DNA of 64,000 nucleotides from Armatimonadota bacterium (GTDB lineage: Bacteria; Armatimonadota; UBA5829; DTLH01), in NCBI GenBank assembly GCA_039680575.1, contig JBDKSP010000077.1, forward strand, positions 29,448 to 93,447, given 5' to 3'. Shown here piece after piece: positions 19,501 through 28,383 of this stretch. The notes under the pieces were generated by a model. That model saw only the letters and a program-made list of their open reading frames with translations. It was not told the DNA's origin and searched no databases. The position numbers and the translations under genes were made by a program. Positions within the stretch are counted from its first letter, which is position 1. Every line of letters starts with the position of its first letter.

Positions 19501-21094
19501 GCTGTTTCGCCGCATCAAGAGCCTGCTGCTTTGCCTGCTCGGCCATCTGCTGACCGGCGGACTTCTGAAGCGCCTTGACGAGCTGCTCCTTGTTTTTGAG
19601 GGGTGGAATCCCGAACTTGGTCTTAGCAGCGATGAGAGTCTTGCCGGAATAGTTGTAGTGATCGATGTGCGGCTCAAGCGCGTCCAGCATCTCGATCACC
19701 TCGCTCTTTGTGAGGTTCAACGACACCCCGTGCTGCTTCGCAATATCCTTCAGCTGGACCATCGTAAGACCCGACAGGTCCGCCTGAGGCGATGCTGCCT
19801 TTGCCGCTTCCTCCAAGAGCTTCGCCTGCTTTACCGCCGCTTGTTTATCAGCCAGAAGCTTCGCCAGATCGTCCTTGCTTCGGAGGGCCGCGATGTTGTA
19901 CTGCTTGACCTTGGACATGAGGGCAGATCCGGAGAGATCCATGTGATGGACACCCGGCTCCGCCGCGTCGAGGAGCTTTATGAAGTCCGCCTTGGTGCGT
20001 GCGATGGAGATGCCGTTCTGCTTGGCGAGCGTCTGGAGCTGCTTTACCGTGAGCGCTGAGAGGTCCGAGATCTGACCCGACTCAAACGCGTCCTTGAGCT
20101 TCTTCTCTTCCTCGGCCTTCTGCTTGGCCTCTGCATCAATTGCCTGTGGCGGAAGGATACACGCTTTGGTTTCGCTGGCTGCACTAGCTCCCAGTTCGCC
20201 GCCACAGATGACCAACGGCCACGCGACGACGCTCGTGCATCGGCAGTTGGGATGCGCCGGCTGACTGGGGAAGTGGTCGGTGTCAAAAACCTTGCCGTCA
20301 AGACCACCGCAGACCGGGCAGGTCCGCTCATCCTCCATCGTCAGCCACTCGAGCCTCGAGACTCCGACTTGGCTGTGGAACTTGATGCGGCCCTGGTTGT
20401 GCGCGCGGAGCACTTCCGTCCGGGCAATCATCTCCATCCGGTACTGCGCCTTCGTGAACACCTTGCTCCCGGCGTGGCGGAAACTCTCCTTGTCCTCGAT
20501 CACGATCCCCATTTCCCGGACGATGTCCCGGACGCTCTTTCCGCTCGTTATCCCGGAGAGGATGGTCCGCTTGATGCCGGAGGCAAGTTCCGTGTGCACG
20601 TCCCCGAGAAGCACAAGGTTGTAGTTTGCCATGAAGTCGAGCGCGTCGGTGTCGATAAGCGTGAAGACTGATGTGGTGAGCTTATCGATTCCCTGTGGTG
20701 TGAGATCCTTGTAGAATGGCATCTGCGCCGATGCGAACTCTTCGATGCCTCGATAGACGCCGGAGCGGAATGATGCTTGCCCAGCCTTCCTGAACATCAG
20801 GCTCTGCTCCCGCTTAAGCGCCTTCATCGCCTCCGCAATCTCGGCGTCCAGCTTCTCCAGACTATTCACCACCGCAAGTTTGTTCTCGGGAAGCGACCCA
20901 ACGCTGCCATAGCCCAGAAGTGCCTTATGGACCTGATCCTGTGCGGACTTGAGCCCCCCGGTAAGCTGGAACACGACCTGTTCTGCGTACAGGTCCCGAG
21001 CCATCAGGCTCTTGTCCGTGGCTTCTCGTATTGCCTGGGCCTGCGCGGTGGTGTCGGCAATCGCACACATCATCGGTGTGGCGTCTGCGGTCAC
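16502..21094 (-). CDS. Minor head protein (MuF/SPP1 gp7) with long extension: SAP/HeH-like repeats, HipA/PI3K-like kinase, putative ART-like domain
   Basis: IARTE...DERTCPVC...HPNCRC MuF signature; LxxLTxxQLxxxAKxxG repeats; WMFKP...E...DWLISNHDGH...IDKG; LYH...GGATYVFTR...NE; GTG start overlaps the portal stop. Confidence 0.82.
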   Translation of the reverse strand: MTADATPMMCAIADTTAQAQAIREATDKSLMARDLYAEQVVFQLTGGLKSAQDQVHKALLGYGSVGSLPENKLAVVNSLEKLDAEIAEAMKALKREQSLMFRKAGQASFRSGVYRGIEEFASAQMPFYKDLTPQGIDKLTTSVFTLIDTDALDFMANYNLVLLGDVHTELASGIKRTILSGITSGKSVRDIVREMGIVIEDKESFRHAGSKVFTKAQYRMEMIARTEVLRAHNQGRIKFHSQVGVSRLEWLTMEDERTCPVCGGLDGKVFDTDHFPSQPAHPNCRCTSVVAWPLVICGGELGASAASETKACILPPQAIDAEAKQKAEEEKKLKDAFESGQISDLSALTVKQLQTLAKQNGISIARTKADFIKLLDAAEPGVHHMDLSGSALMSKVKQYNIAALRSKDDLAKLLADKQAAVKQAKLLEEAAKAASPQADLSGLTMVQLKDIAKQHGVSLNLTKSEVIEMLDALEPHIDHYNYSGKTLIAAKTKFGIPPLKNKEQLVKALQKSAGQQMAEQAKQQALDAAKQQALKKAEQALKDATAQVVLPSSPSSYSGFLDSVKSAETELAKGSGLPASVLEAHAKEVALKKLAFQQQISAMKVGDLKSLAKETKVKHWQWASKDELVAVFTETDQAKVSKATDGIEAKHAKWAEKHLAKTPTAAPAKPKPQPAQPIQQPVTVASSNTFAKKGSEFESVDVAWGATGKPEQFKFDGKASVGGAHEKEFWIDEAGEKWMFKPLGKTSDDFIAQGEEAAYKIGRLIDPDAIEVRVISLNSRTGSIQKWRTDLASKYDFSSFDIAELSADEITQVQREHVIDWLISNHDGHSKQFIRGKDGHVYGIDKGQLFKFLGSDKLSIDYHPNAACGESEPFYNTLFRAAKQGKVKVDPSVTLRYIREVERISDDDYLSLLRPYVEGRFKGNAAQQKAFYDLAIARKHSLRSNFEGFYADILKKPGFRFEDAVEPQAVDRIGKAEEQIIEEARVLGWQGKALPIDESDIEDQNALIFTETLNGQTRTVIKMKVRPEAESKILPQLRKADRQVTATKVGQTLPEDSFSDDILGAVKTINHHAGDGAYNQSTIDRAAKHLDALRELAKSADPDVREMAESYIGWIEQVKQAAKERKPIPEMFSAYLKKHASPKKKEAKVDFTVRKSKVLLTKRALKKGELSVEREDANNTSFFRGRTMKAGEQYEIDFGDGVRAVYRPWSDKNHYAQQGEFELVVPERPDPKSLDRALQHVEKLGLKANVATSEDAELMYLTKQAYLSKADRENDYAQMLSGLDQRGASKPERVQAMRSYWEKRLGVSDITRMSGYDPVGEYQLGFKDKSLAGGYRHQYRFDLSDADLEKEMKGYTLYHSLTNGNSMSSFIDTALENNGAMISTVEKLRSGVAPGGMSPEEDMNSGGATYVFTRIRKSPVSGGDRNTGIYFKKRLLRRMDAISYDHDAFGKVKDDYVVQHRGSDPRSWKDFSRNSSNETILKYSVTLLDNVEHIVVGSESERRSVLDVFRKHGVSVLPDGRKVEEVVLTR

Positions 21095-22578
21095 TCGACC
21101 CTCCCGCGCCTGATGAACCTGCATGCCGGACTGTCGAAGGTGACATCGGCCCCGGTAACGCCGCACTTGTTCCTGTCGCCCTCGAAGAAACCGCAGGTGT
21201 CACATACCTCGTCAGCGTAAGCTGAAGCCTGTGAGGAAGGCCGGTTCTTCGCGGGATCGAGTCCGAGCATTTCCTGAGCTGCCTCGATGCTCATTATGCC
21301 GGCGACGACCATATCGACGATTGGTTTCACCTGCTTCTCATCGAGGATGTCCACGGACTTCTCTTCGCTCTCCCGGTTAGCCTCCTCGATGTCCGGGTCG
21401 AGGTCCATCTTAATCTGAAGGCTGGACCGGCTGATGAGCTTCCTGTCGTAGAGCTCAATCAAGAGCTTCTTTACGTCCACTGCGTCCGTCGGGTCAAGGT
21501 CGTTGAAGACAAACTGAACGTTCTTCCCGGAGTGACCTGATAACTCTAGCCAGTCGCAGTAGATCCAGTCGAGGATTGTTCGTGCCGCGTGCTTTATCTC
21601 CCGGATCATGATGATCATCTTCTGCATAGAGACAGAGGCTGTTGCGAAGTTGGGACCATCTCCCGCGACAAGAGAGCGGGACAGTCCGAGCGCGATCACG
21701 ATGTCTTCCTTGACCTCCTTTACCTTGTCCTCGACATTCAGGACCTGTCCTTCGGTGCCGTGGGTCTCCACCGTCACGTAGAAAGGAACGACCAGGCCGC
21801 TTTTCAGGTCCATCTTGTTCACCATGTCGCGGACGCTCTCAAGCATCTTCTGGTCGGGCATCACCATCTTGGCTCCGTATGCCCCTCCCACCTTTAACAG
21901 CCGAAAGGGCGTCGCCCAGCGCTTGGCTATCGCCTTTTCTGCCCGCCGATAGTCACGCAGGAGTTCGATTGACTCGAAGGCGGGAAGGACGAGCGAGTTG
22001 CCGCGCGGAGAGAACTCAGGTGCATCCCATTTCAGGTGTATGGTCTGCTCGACCGGAAGTTCGAGCCCTTCTCCGGCTGCAGGTGTATCCTCGGGATACT
22101 GCCTTACCTCGATAAGCTCTCCGTGAGCATACTTGACTTTGATAGAGACGGGGTTTACGCAGGTGAGGTCTTCGATGCCCTTGCCGTCTTTCGTGAAGCG
22201 TTTGAACCCAACGCAGTCGCCCTTAACAAGTAGCTGGAGGATCATATCCTTCACGAACTCAGAGACACCCAACCGGTCGGCAAGCGTGTTCGCTTCTTCC
22301 TTCACTCCCTCATCGTCACTCGTGATCTTTATCTCGTCCCCCACAGCGAACGTCCGCCAGGAGTTGATGCAGTTCTTGACGAGCGGCTCCTCGACGTAAT
22401 ACTCCCACGCACGCCTTGCCCGGTCTTCCCATGACTCGGGAATAGCGCAGGTGGCATGAAGACTGCCAAATGCCGATGAGTCGAGGGCAGCGGCAGTTGC
22501 CATTGGGGAGACCACTACTGCGTATGCATGGTTCTCCTCAGATGAGAACCCTTGAGCTTCCATGTTATTGCTGTCCAA
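21091..22578 (-). CDS. Portal protein
   Basis: Between terminase and MuF; IHLK...RGxS, NFATASV motifs; C-terminal CxxC..C..C. Confidence 0.8.
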   Translation of the reverse strand: MDSNNMEAQGFSSEENHAYAVVVSPMATAAALDSSAFGSLHATCAIPESWEDRARRAWEYYVEEPLVKNCINSWRTFAVGDEIKITSDDEGVKEEANTLADRLGVSEFVKDMILQLLVKGDCVGFKRFTKDGKGIEDLTCVNPVSIKVKYAHGELIEVRQYPEDTPAAGEGLELPVEQTIHLKWDAPEFSPRGNSLVLPAFESIELLRDYRRAEKAIAKRWATPFRLLKVGGAYGAKMVMPDQKMLESVRDMVNKMDLKSGLVVPFYVTVETHGTEGQVLNVEDKVKEVKEDIVIALGLSRSLVAGDGPNFATASVSMQKMIIMIREIKHAARTILDWIYCDWLELSGHSGKNVQFVFNDLDPTDAVDVKKLLIELYDRKLISRSSLQIKMDLDPDIEEANRESEEKSVDILDEKQVKPIVDMVVAGIMSIEAAQEMLGLDPAKNRPSSQASAYADEVCDTCGFFEGDRNKCGVTGADVTFDSPACRFIRRGRVE

Positions 22579-22708
22579 TCCATTCCTCCGATTGCGGTAA
22601 GCTTAGCGTTTGTTCGCGCCACGTCGCCGAACGTAGCGCGGAAGCGTCTCTCTTCGATAGATGAGCCGGACGCCTGTTCTTGTCGCGACACAGGCGGCTT
22701 GGCGCGCA

Positions 22709-24235
22709 TCAGATGAAGACAGGGTTTGTGAGGACCGGCATCACTGAAACCGTCTCCTCACTGACAGAATCTAGCGTCCCCTGTTCGTGGGAGAGCATTG
22801 CGCAGCGGACCGCATCGACGATGTGGTCGTTGCCCTTCGAGTAGATGATGTTCCCGTTTGAGAGCGTATAGGTGTGAGTCGTGAACTGGTCCTCCACCTC
22901 AGAGTCCTCTGCCGGGAGTATCATCTGCCGTCTCTGGAGCGCGCCATTGATGAGGCTAGTCATAAGCTCCTTGGTGCGCTTCCGGATCTCCCGGCCGTCC
23001 CGGATGGCAAGGGTTGTCATGCCGCCGAAGTCGAAGCCTTTGAGCCTCCCCTCAAGCTGCAGTAGTCGATACTTGTCGAGCATGAGGAGTTCCTGCACAA
23101 CCGCCAAGCCGTTCCCGCCGTTATCGACGCCGATTCCGACCGGCGTGAAGTACCGCTCAAGGAGCGCGATGGTCTGGGCGATGTGCGGATACGAGACGTG
23201 CTCCATATGGATCCGGAGCACCATACTCATAACCGACCGATCTCCCGCCTCAGACTCTCGGAAGACCACGATCTCCGTAGGGTCGTTCGTGTAACCAAGG
23301 TCTCCGCCGATCCAGAACACTCCTGTCTGCGGCACGAGATTAAGGAGCATCTCCAGTCGGTCGTAGGATTCTTCTTCGGTCTCGCACGAGCTTAGGTCTT
23401 CACCAAGGATCGTGACCTTGCGATATTCCAGAACCTCCTGCCGGCAGATGTTCAGGTTCTCCATGCTGAACGCGCCGTATGAGGGCTTGCCGTGTTCGCC
23501 CGCGACCTCGTGCTGCCATCCGGCTGTATCCCTGCCTCCGTAGAACTCCAATAGCTCCTGTTCGCGAGCCTCGTCCCAGTTGGGGTTGAGCCAGGACGGC
23601 CAGCGGAACACCTTGAACTGGGAAGAGCTCGTAAGCCGGTAGTAAGTCGTGTCCCGAAGGCCGTTTGGTGTGGAGTAGATACGGAGCTTGCCGCCCGCCT
23701 TTAGGCATTGTCTGAGCGCCTTCCATGCCTTCTCCGAAAGCCACGCGCCTTCGTCAACCCATACGCGCTCTACGTGCAGCGACCGGAAGGCATCTCCGTA
23801 AGCGCCTGCGGGCCGGAAATAGAGGACGCTTCCGTTCGTGAACTCCAGCCTGAAGTAAGGCTTTCGATATATCTTGGGCTTGCTGTACTTGGTGATCGCA
23901 ATGCTTCCCATAAGGTCAGGGTTCGCATCAAGCTGAAACTCTATCTCCTCGATAAGCGTGTCGAGATGTCCCTGGTGGGGTGCTGCGACGAGCCCTTGGC
24001 CACCGCGAGTCGTGAAGGCGAAGTGCAGAGCGTCTGTCGTAAGCGATATCGACTTGCCCGAATCCCTCCCGTCGAGGTGGATGATGTTCCTCTCCTCACA
24101 CTGGAGGTCCTCCACCTGGTGCGGCCAGTACCCGCGGGAAGAGCCGTCCCGGTTCCTAAGATAGCTCTGGCCCCAGAGGATCGGGTCCCGAAGGGACATC
24201 CCCAGTCGCTCTTCTTCCTGTGTTACCTGACTCAA
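22709..24235 (-). CDS. terL: Terminase large subunit
   Basis: Walker A GRDSGKS, Walker B VWVDE, STPNG, nuclease GGDLG...DHIVDA; probable TTG start after AAGGAG. Confidence 0.88.
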   Translation of the reverse strand: MSQVTQEEERLGMSLRDPILWGQSYLRNRDGSSRGYWPHQVEDLQCEERNIIHLDGRDSGKSISLTTDALHFAFTTRGGQGLVAAPHQGHLDTLIEEIEFQLDANPDLMGSIAITKYSKPKIYRKPYFRLEFTNGSVLYFRPAGAYGDAFRSLHVERVWVDEGAWLSEKAWKALRQCLKAGGKLRIYSTPNGLRDTTYYRLTSSSQFKVFRWPSWLNPNWDEAREQELLEFYGGRDTAGWQHEVAGEHGKPSYGAFSMENLNICRQEVLEYRKVTILGEDLSSCETEEESYDRLEMLLNLVPQTGVFWIGGDLGYTNDPTEIVVFRESEAGDRSVMSMVLRIHMEHVSYPHIAQTIALLERYFTPVGIGVDNGGNGLAVVQELLMLDKYRLLQLEGRLKGFDFGGMTTLAIRDGREIRKRTKELMTSLINGALQRRQMILPAEDSEVEDQFTTHTYTLSNGNIIYSKGNDHIVDAVRCAMLSHEQGTLDSVSEETVSVMPVLTNPVFI

Positions 24236-24344
24236 ACTTTTCTCCTTCACTTTGATGCACATCTGGGCACGTATGAGACTTGACTTCATATGCCGATAAG
24301 AGCGTGAATGTGACTCACACAAACCACACCAGGAGGTAACTCAC

Positions 24345-24731
24345 ATGGCAGATAAGACTCTGCAAGACGCCCTTCAGGAATACCTGGACCACCTGAAAGA
24401 TCAGGGCAAGAGCGAAAGCACGCTCTACACCTATAACAAGGATGCCGAACAGATCGTCTCGTTCTTCGGAGCGGACAAGAAGCTCACATCGATCCTCATC
24501 CCGCACGTCTCGGGGTTCCTCAAGTCAGATGCGCTCCTCAAGCTCCCGAGTGGGAAAGACCGCTCCGAGCCAACGGTCCGGAAAACCATCCGGGTATTCC
24601 GGATGTTTCTCGTCTGGGCTCTCGAGCAGGGCTACATCACCAATCTACCACTCCCAAAGGAGATGCCGATGGGAAGAAGCTCCACTACCAGATCGGAGGC
24701 AGACGATGCAGACAACGCTTCGGCTGTTTGA
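24345..24731 (+). CDS. Stand-alone integrase N-terminal SAM-like (core-binding) domain protein
   Basis: YLDHLKDQGKSESTLYTY...IRVFRMFLVWA pattern; no catalytic domain. Confidence 0.7.
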   Translation: MADKTLQDALQEYLDHLKDQGKSESTLYTYNKDAEQIVSFFGADKKLTSILIPHVSGFLKSDALLKLPSGKDRSEPTVRKTIRVFRMFLVWALEQGYITNLPLPKEMPMGRSSTTRSEADDADNASAV

Positions 24732-25623
24732 GCCGGCTGATGACATTCAATCCCAGGTAGCAGGCTTTGCGGTAAGGCTCCAGGCGCAGGGTAGCTCGGA
24801 GCACACCATCTCCGCTTATCTACGCGACCTCACATGCTTCACACAGGCGCTTCCTGCCGTCACCATCCACGATATCACCCCGGCGATGATCGACGCGGCA
24901 CTCACGGATCCTGCGGTTGCCACGTCGAGCGATGGCAGGCAGAAGTCCCCGGCTACAATGCATCGCATGAAGGCTGTCGTCCGGTCCTTCTTTGTCTGGG
25001 CAACCGAAAGCGGTCTCATCGACTCCAGCCCGGCCTCGTCGGTGACCACAAAACGCCTCTCGCGCAAGCCCCCGGAGTTCCTGACCGAATCCGAGAAGCG
25101 CAAGCTCCTCAAAGAACTCCACGACCGGTCGAACCCGCTTGCCCGACGCGACCGTGTTATCTTCGAGCTCTTCCTCGGGACCGGCATCCGACTTGCCGAA
25201 CTGGTAAACTTGGACATAGAGGATGTCGATCTCGACGGAAAACACATCCGCATCATGGGCAAGGGTAACGTCCCGCAGGTCAAGTTCCTGAAGACGACTC
25301 TCAGGATGCTGCTGAGGGATTACCTCAAGGAACGCCGTCGGCTCACAACCGGAAGCTATCGCGCGCTCTTCGTCTCCTCTCGCAGCACTAGACTTTGTGA
25401 TAGGCAGATCGCAGAGCGCCTGAAGCACTGGCTGGACAAAGCCGGCATCAGGAAAAACATCTCGCCTCACGGACTCCGGCACACGTTTGCGACCCACCTC
25501 TACGCGAGCACCTCTGACCTGCTCCTCGTGAAGCGCGCACTCGGACACCGAGACATCTCGACGACCGAAATCTACACTCACCTTGCCGACGAGGTGCTGG
25601 AGGATGCACTCGAACGCATCTGA
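24706..25623 (+). CDS. XerC/D-like tyrosine recombinase
   Basis: TGIRLAEL, GKG, HGLRHTFATH, LGH..ISTTEIY: complete R-K-H-R-H-Y set; start moved to ATG after GGAGG. Confidence 0.92.
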   Translation: MQTTLRLFEPADDIQSQVAGFAVRLQAQGSSEHTISAYLRDLTCFTQALPAVTIHDITPAMIDAALTDPAVATSSDGRQKSPATMHRMKAVVRSFFVWATESGLIDSSPASSVTTKRLSRKPPEFLTESEKRKLLKELHDRSNPLARRDRVIFELFLGTGIRLAELVNLDIEDVDLDGKHIRIMGKGNVPQVKFLKTTLRMLLRDYLKERRRLTTGSYRALFVSSRSTRLCDRQIAERLKHWLDKAGIRKNISPHGLRHTFATHLYASTSDLLLVKRALGHRDISTTEIYTHLADEVLEDALERI

Positions 25624-25631
25624 CGAGTCGT

Positions 25632-25664
25632 TTGACATGAGAGATAGTTGGTGATACATTGTAT
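25632..25664 (+). promoter_or_regulatory. Sigma70 promoter and operator of the TA operon
   Basis: TTGACA-N17-TACATT with palindrome ATACATTGTAT over the -10. Confidence 0.6.
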
Positions 25665-25695
25665 GTACGGAATAACCTGTTGAAGGAGCCTGACT

Positions 25696-25923
25696 ATGAT
25701 TAAGAAACTCACCAAACACGGCAACAGCATGGCACTGGTCATTGAGCGCAGTGTGCTCGATCTGCTGAAGATTGATACCGACACTCCGGTTGAAGTCACG
25801 ACCGACGGAAGTGTGCTCATAATCACGCCGGTACGGGATGAAGCCCACGCAGCTAAGTTCAAGGAAGCCCTTGAGAAGACGAACCGCAAGTATGGGCGTG
25901 CCCTGAAGAACCTGGCGGACTAA
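25696..25923 (+). CDS. AbrB/MazE-family antitoxin
   Basis: KKLTKHGNSMALVI signature. Confidence 0.88.
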   Translation: MIKKLTKHGNSMALVIERSVLDLLKIDTDTPVEVTTDGSVLIITPVRDEAHAAKFKEALEKTNRKYGRALKNLAD

Positions 25924-26313
25924 ATGGCTGATATAGAGTTTCTCGGTCTTGATGAGGTTCTCGAAATCCATCGAGACCAGATCGAGCGCTACGGTGGATC
26001 GGCTGGCATACGAGACATGGGACTCTTGCAGTCCGCGGTCGCAATGCCTGCTGCCGGGTTCGGCGAGCGATATCTGCACGAAGACATGTCCGAGATGGCT
26101 GCGGCGTACCTGTTTCACATCACGCAGAACCATCCATTTGTGGATGGTAACAAGCGAACTGGAGCCGTTGCAGCAATCGTCTTCCTTGAGATCAACGGCG
26201 TTGAACTGAACGCTGACGAGGACGAACTGGAGACCCTTGTCCGTAGTGTGGCAACGGGACAATCGGACAAGGTTGCCGTCGCCGTGTTCTTCAGACACAA
26301 CTGCCGCAAGTAA
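25924..26313 (+). CDS. doc: Doc/Fic-family toxin
   Basis: HPFVDGNKRTG motif; GIRDMGLLQSA. Confidence 0.92.
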   Translation: MADIEFLGLDEVLEIHRDQIERYGGSAGIRDMGLLQSAVAMPAAGFGERYLHEDMSEMAAAYLFHITQNHPFVDGNKRTGAVAAIVFLEINGVELNADEDELETLVRSVATGQSDKVAVAVFFRHNCRK

Positions 26314-26417
26314 TGTGAGACGCAACCAACAGCCGGGGAGAGGAACACACAGAAGCTTCTCCTCGGCTTCCATTTGCCCCAGCCATTGTTCCGCCAAGCC
26401 ATTTGCACCTGCAGACA

Positions 26418-26445
26418 AGTTCCGAGAACACGTCTTATCCGAACT
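26418..26445. other. dif-like tyrosine recombinase site (11-6-11)
   Basis: AGTTCCGAGAA-CACGTC-TTATCCGAACT; arms 9/11 inverted; second arm copy at 26510-26520. Confidence 0.6.
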
Positions 26446-26519
26446 CCGTCCGTCAATCGAACTGAAAGCCACGCGTGAATTTGGCCGAGCCGTCACGGCA
26501 GCGCCGGTGTTATCCGAAC

Positions 26520-27026
26520 TCATTCCTGCGTTTTCTCCGATCCTGACTCGCTTCGTGTGTTCTCAGCCGCGGCCAGCTTCTCAAGTAGCGCCGTGGCCCA
26601 CTCGGCAGGAGTAGTCTCAGCACCCTTCGGCTCCTCACCCTCACGGGCAATCTTGGTCGCCTTCAGGTCCTTCAAGTGGCAGCGGATCATCCGGTCCAGC
26701 CGCTCAGCAGCATCCCAGTCTCCAGCCTCCTGCGCACGTCCAAGCTTCAAGAAGTACACCGCAACGAGTTCCACCTGCATAAAGTCAGAGCTCTTGTTGA
26801 ACACGAAGTCCTCGTGGAGCTGAGCAATGATGGCGTCGAAGAGCGGCTTCTCTTCAGGCGAGAGGAACCGGTCCGCATAGATGCCGTGCTTTAGTGCGTT
26901 GGTGTTGCCTTCGGGAGCGCCGCCCTTGCCTGTGGCTCCGCTGTTTCTTCGCCATCGGCTGCTTCCGGCCTGGTCGCGAACGCCGATGGCCGCTTGGGTC
27001 TCTTCGGTTATCTTATTTTCAGTCAT
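26520..27026 (-). CDS. Probable terminase small subunit
   Basis: GGAPEGNTNALKHG motif typical of TerS; start MTENK. Confidence 0.65.
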   Translation of the reverse strand: MTENKITEETQAAIGVRDQAGSSRWRRNSGATGKGGAPEGNTNALKHGIYADRFLSPEEKPLFDAIIAQLHEDFVFNKSSDFMQVELVAVYFLKLGRAQEAGDWDAAERLDRMIRCHLKDLKATKIAREGEEPKGAETTPAEWATALLEKLAAAENTRSESGSEKTQE

Positions 27027-27102
27027 AAATGTGTTCCTATCGAGTCTGTTGTTACGGCAAGTCGGAGATGGGCGGGGAAGGCATTTCTCGCCTCCAGAAC
27101 GC

Positions 27103-27918
27103 TCACGCCGCCGCCTCTGTATCGAAGAGAGACTGCTGAAGAGCCGCTGCAGGCACGACGTCGCCGCCCGGTTTCCTGATGCCAAACGGACCATTATCCC
27201 CAGGCACCACTTTGCCGCCGAACACACGCTTTACCTCGCATACCGTCTTCAGCGCTTCGGGCTCAATGCCGACAAGCTCTTTCACTTCATCCAGAGTGAA
27301 CGTAACCCTCTCTGACCACTTGGCCGGGATGAAAACAGTCTCGTCTCTTGCGATGACGATCACATCATCGAAGATACTCGTCCGCAGGACTGCGTAACCT
27401 TGTGTGGAAAGCCGTAGCCACAGATTCCTGGCTTCGGGAGATGACGGTGTGCCGAAGGAAGCGGTTCTTCGATAGTCTTCGTATGTCTTCTCGGATGGAG
27501 GAGTGTATGTGCTGGGCTTAAGCGCTCCAACTGCCCGCAAAAGTTCCTCTTCACCTATATGCTTTACCGCCCATTTGTGGATCGCATTGAACCGGGTCCG
27601 CAGTTCCTCGAAGATCTCCGGCTTCATCCGGCTAGCATCATGAGCCTTCTTCACCTGAGTCATCTTGTCTCGAAGCCAGGCATAGTAAGGAGGGTCGAGC
27701 TGTCTGTAGCATACATCCGCCATCAGCTCATATCCGTAACGGACGTCGTCGGCATCGAAGGAGTCGAGGTTGGTGGCGACAAACAGGATGTCGCGCGCGT
27801 AAGGGTTCGGTGTGGCGTTCTCCTTCACTTGGGAATCTGCTGGTTCGGTCTGTATCGTATCTGCCTTCTCGACGCTCTCGACAAGCGGAAGACTGTTCAT
27901 CAGGCTCACTCGTATCAC
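27103..27918 (-). CDS. Hypothetical phage protein
   Basis: First ORF after promoter copy 2; exact start uncertain. Confidence 0.65.
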   Translation of the reverse strand: MIRVSLMNSLPLVESVEKADTIQTEPADSQVKENATPNPYARDILFVATNLDSFDADDVRYGYELMADVCYRQLDPPYYAWLRDKMTQVKKAHDASRMKPEIFEELRTRFNAIHKWAVKHIGEEELLRAVGALKPSTYTPPSEKTYEDYRRTASFGTPSSPEARNLWLRLSTQGYAVLRTSIFDDVIVIARDETVFIPAKWSERVTFTLDEVKELVGIEPEALKTVCEVKRVFGGKVVPGDNGPFGIRKPGGDVVPAAALQQSLFDTEAAA

Positions 27919-27938
27919 CTCGTTGGGGACATCCCCAA

Positions 27939-27972
27939 TTGATATGTACTTGCGAAAACTACGGGGTGTCGG
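27939..27972 (-). promoter_or_regulatory. Putative phage-specific promoter, copy 2 (packaging operon)
   Basis: CCGACA-N15-AAGTACATATCAA. Confidence 0.7.
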
Positions 27973-27987
27973 GATTTTTCGCCGAGG

Positions 27988-28383
27988 GGAAAGGTGGCAC
28001 TGAAAGGTGGAGGCGAAAGGGGTGAAAGGTTATTAGGCCTGAGAACAACCTTTCACCCGACCCTTTCACCGGCCCAAGAAAGCCTCATTTGAGCTCTTTT
28101 TCCTTACCTCTATCTCTATAAAGGTGAAAGGGTGAAAGGTTATTAGTATATACACACCTACATGCGCGCGTGCATGTAATACAGGTGCGCACGCATGCAT
28201 GAGAAGGGGGATAGAGGATATATTTATTCGCGCGTGTAGATAGGGGTGCGTTTCCGCCGGAACCTTTCACCCTTTCACCCATGAGGCCGGAACATGGGCG
28301 GATTTGAGCGTGAAATGCTCTCCTTTGCCCGAGTGAAAGGGTTCCGAAGACCTTTCACCCGGCTATCGTAAGAAAGTGAAAGG
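27988..28383. repeat. Iteron-like array, putative phage replication origin
   Basis: 10 exact GTGAAAGG/CCTTTCAC copies in both orientations plus degenerate copies; inverted repeat TACATGC-N6-GCATGTA at 28159-28178. Confidence 0.7.

Noticed and set aside
24290..24310. CCGATAAGAGCGTG as a partner dif-like site at the other end of the Xer cassette
   Set aside because: Only partial, gapped similarity and no second arm
24820..26523. 567-aa minus-strand ORF
   Set aside because: Antisense shadow of the recombinase and TA genes with no recognisable motifs; only its first ~70 codons (ATGA-coupled to terS, overlapping the dif-like site) could be real
27988..28383. Repeat array as CRISPR
   Set aside because: Repeats are 8-9 bp, irregularly spaced and in mixed orientation
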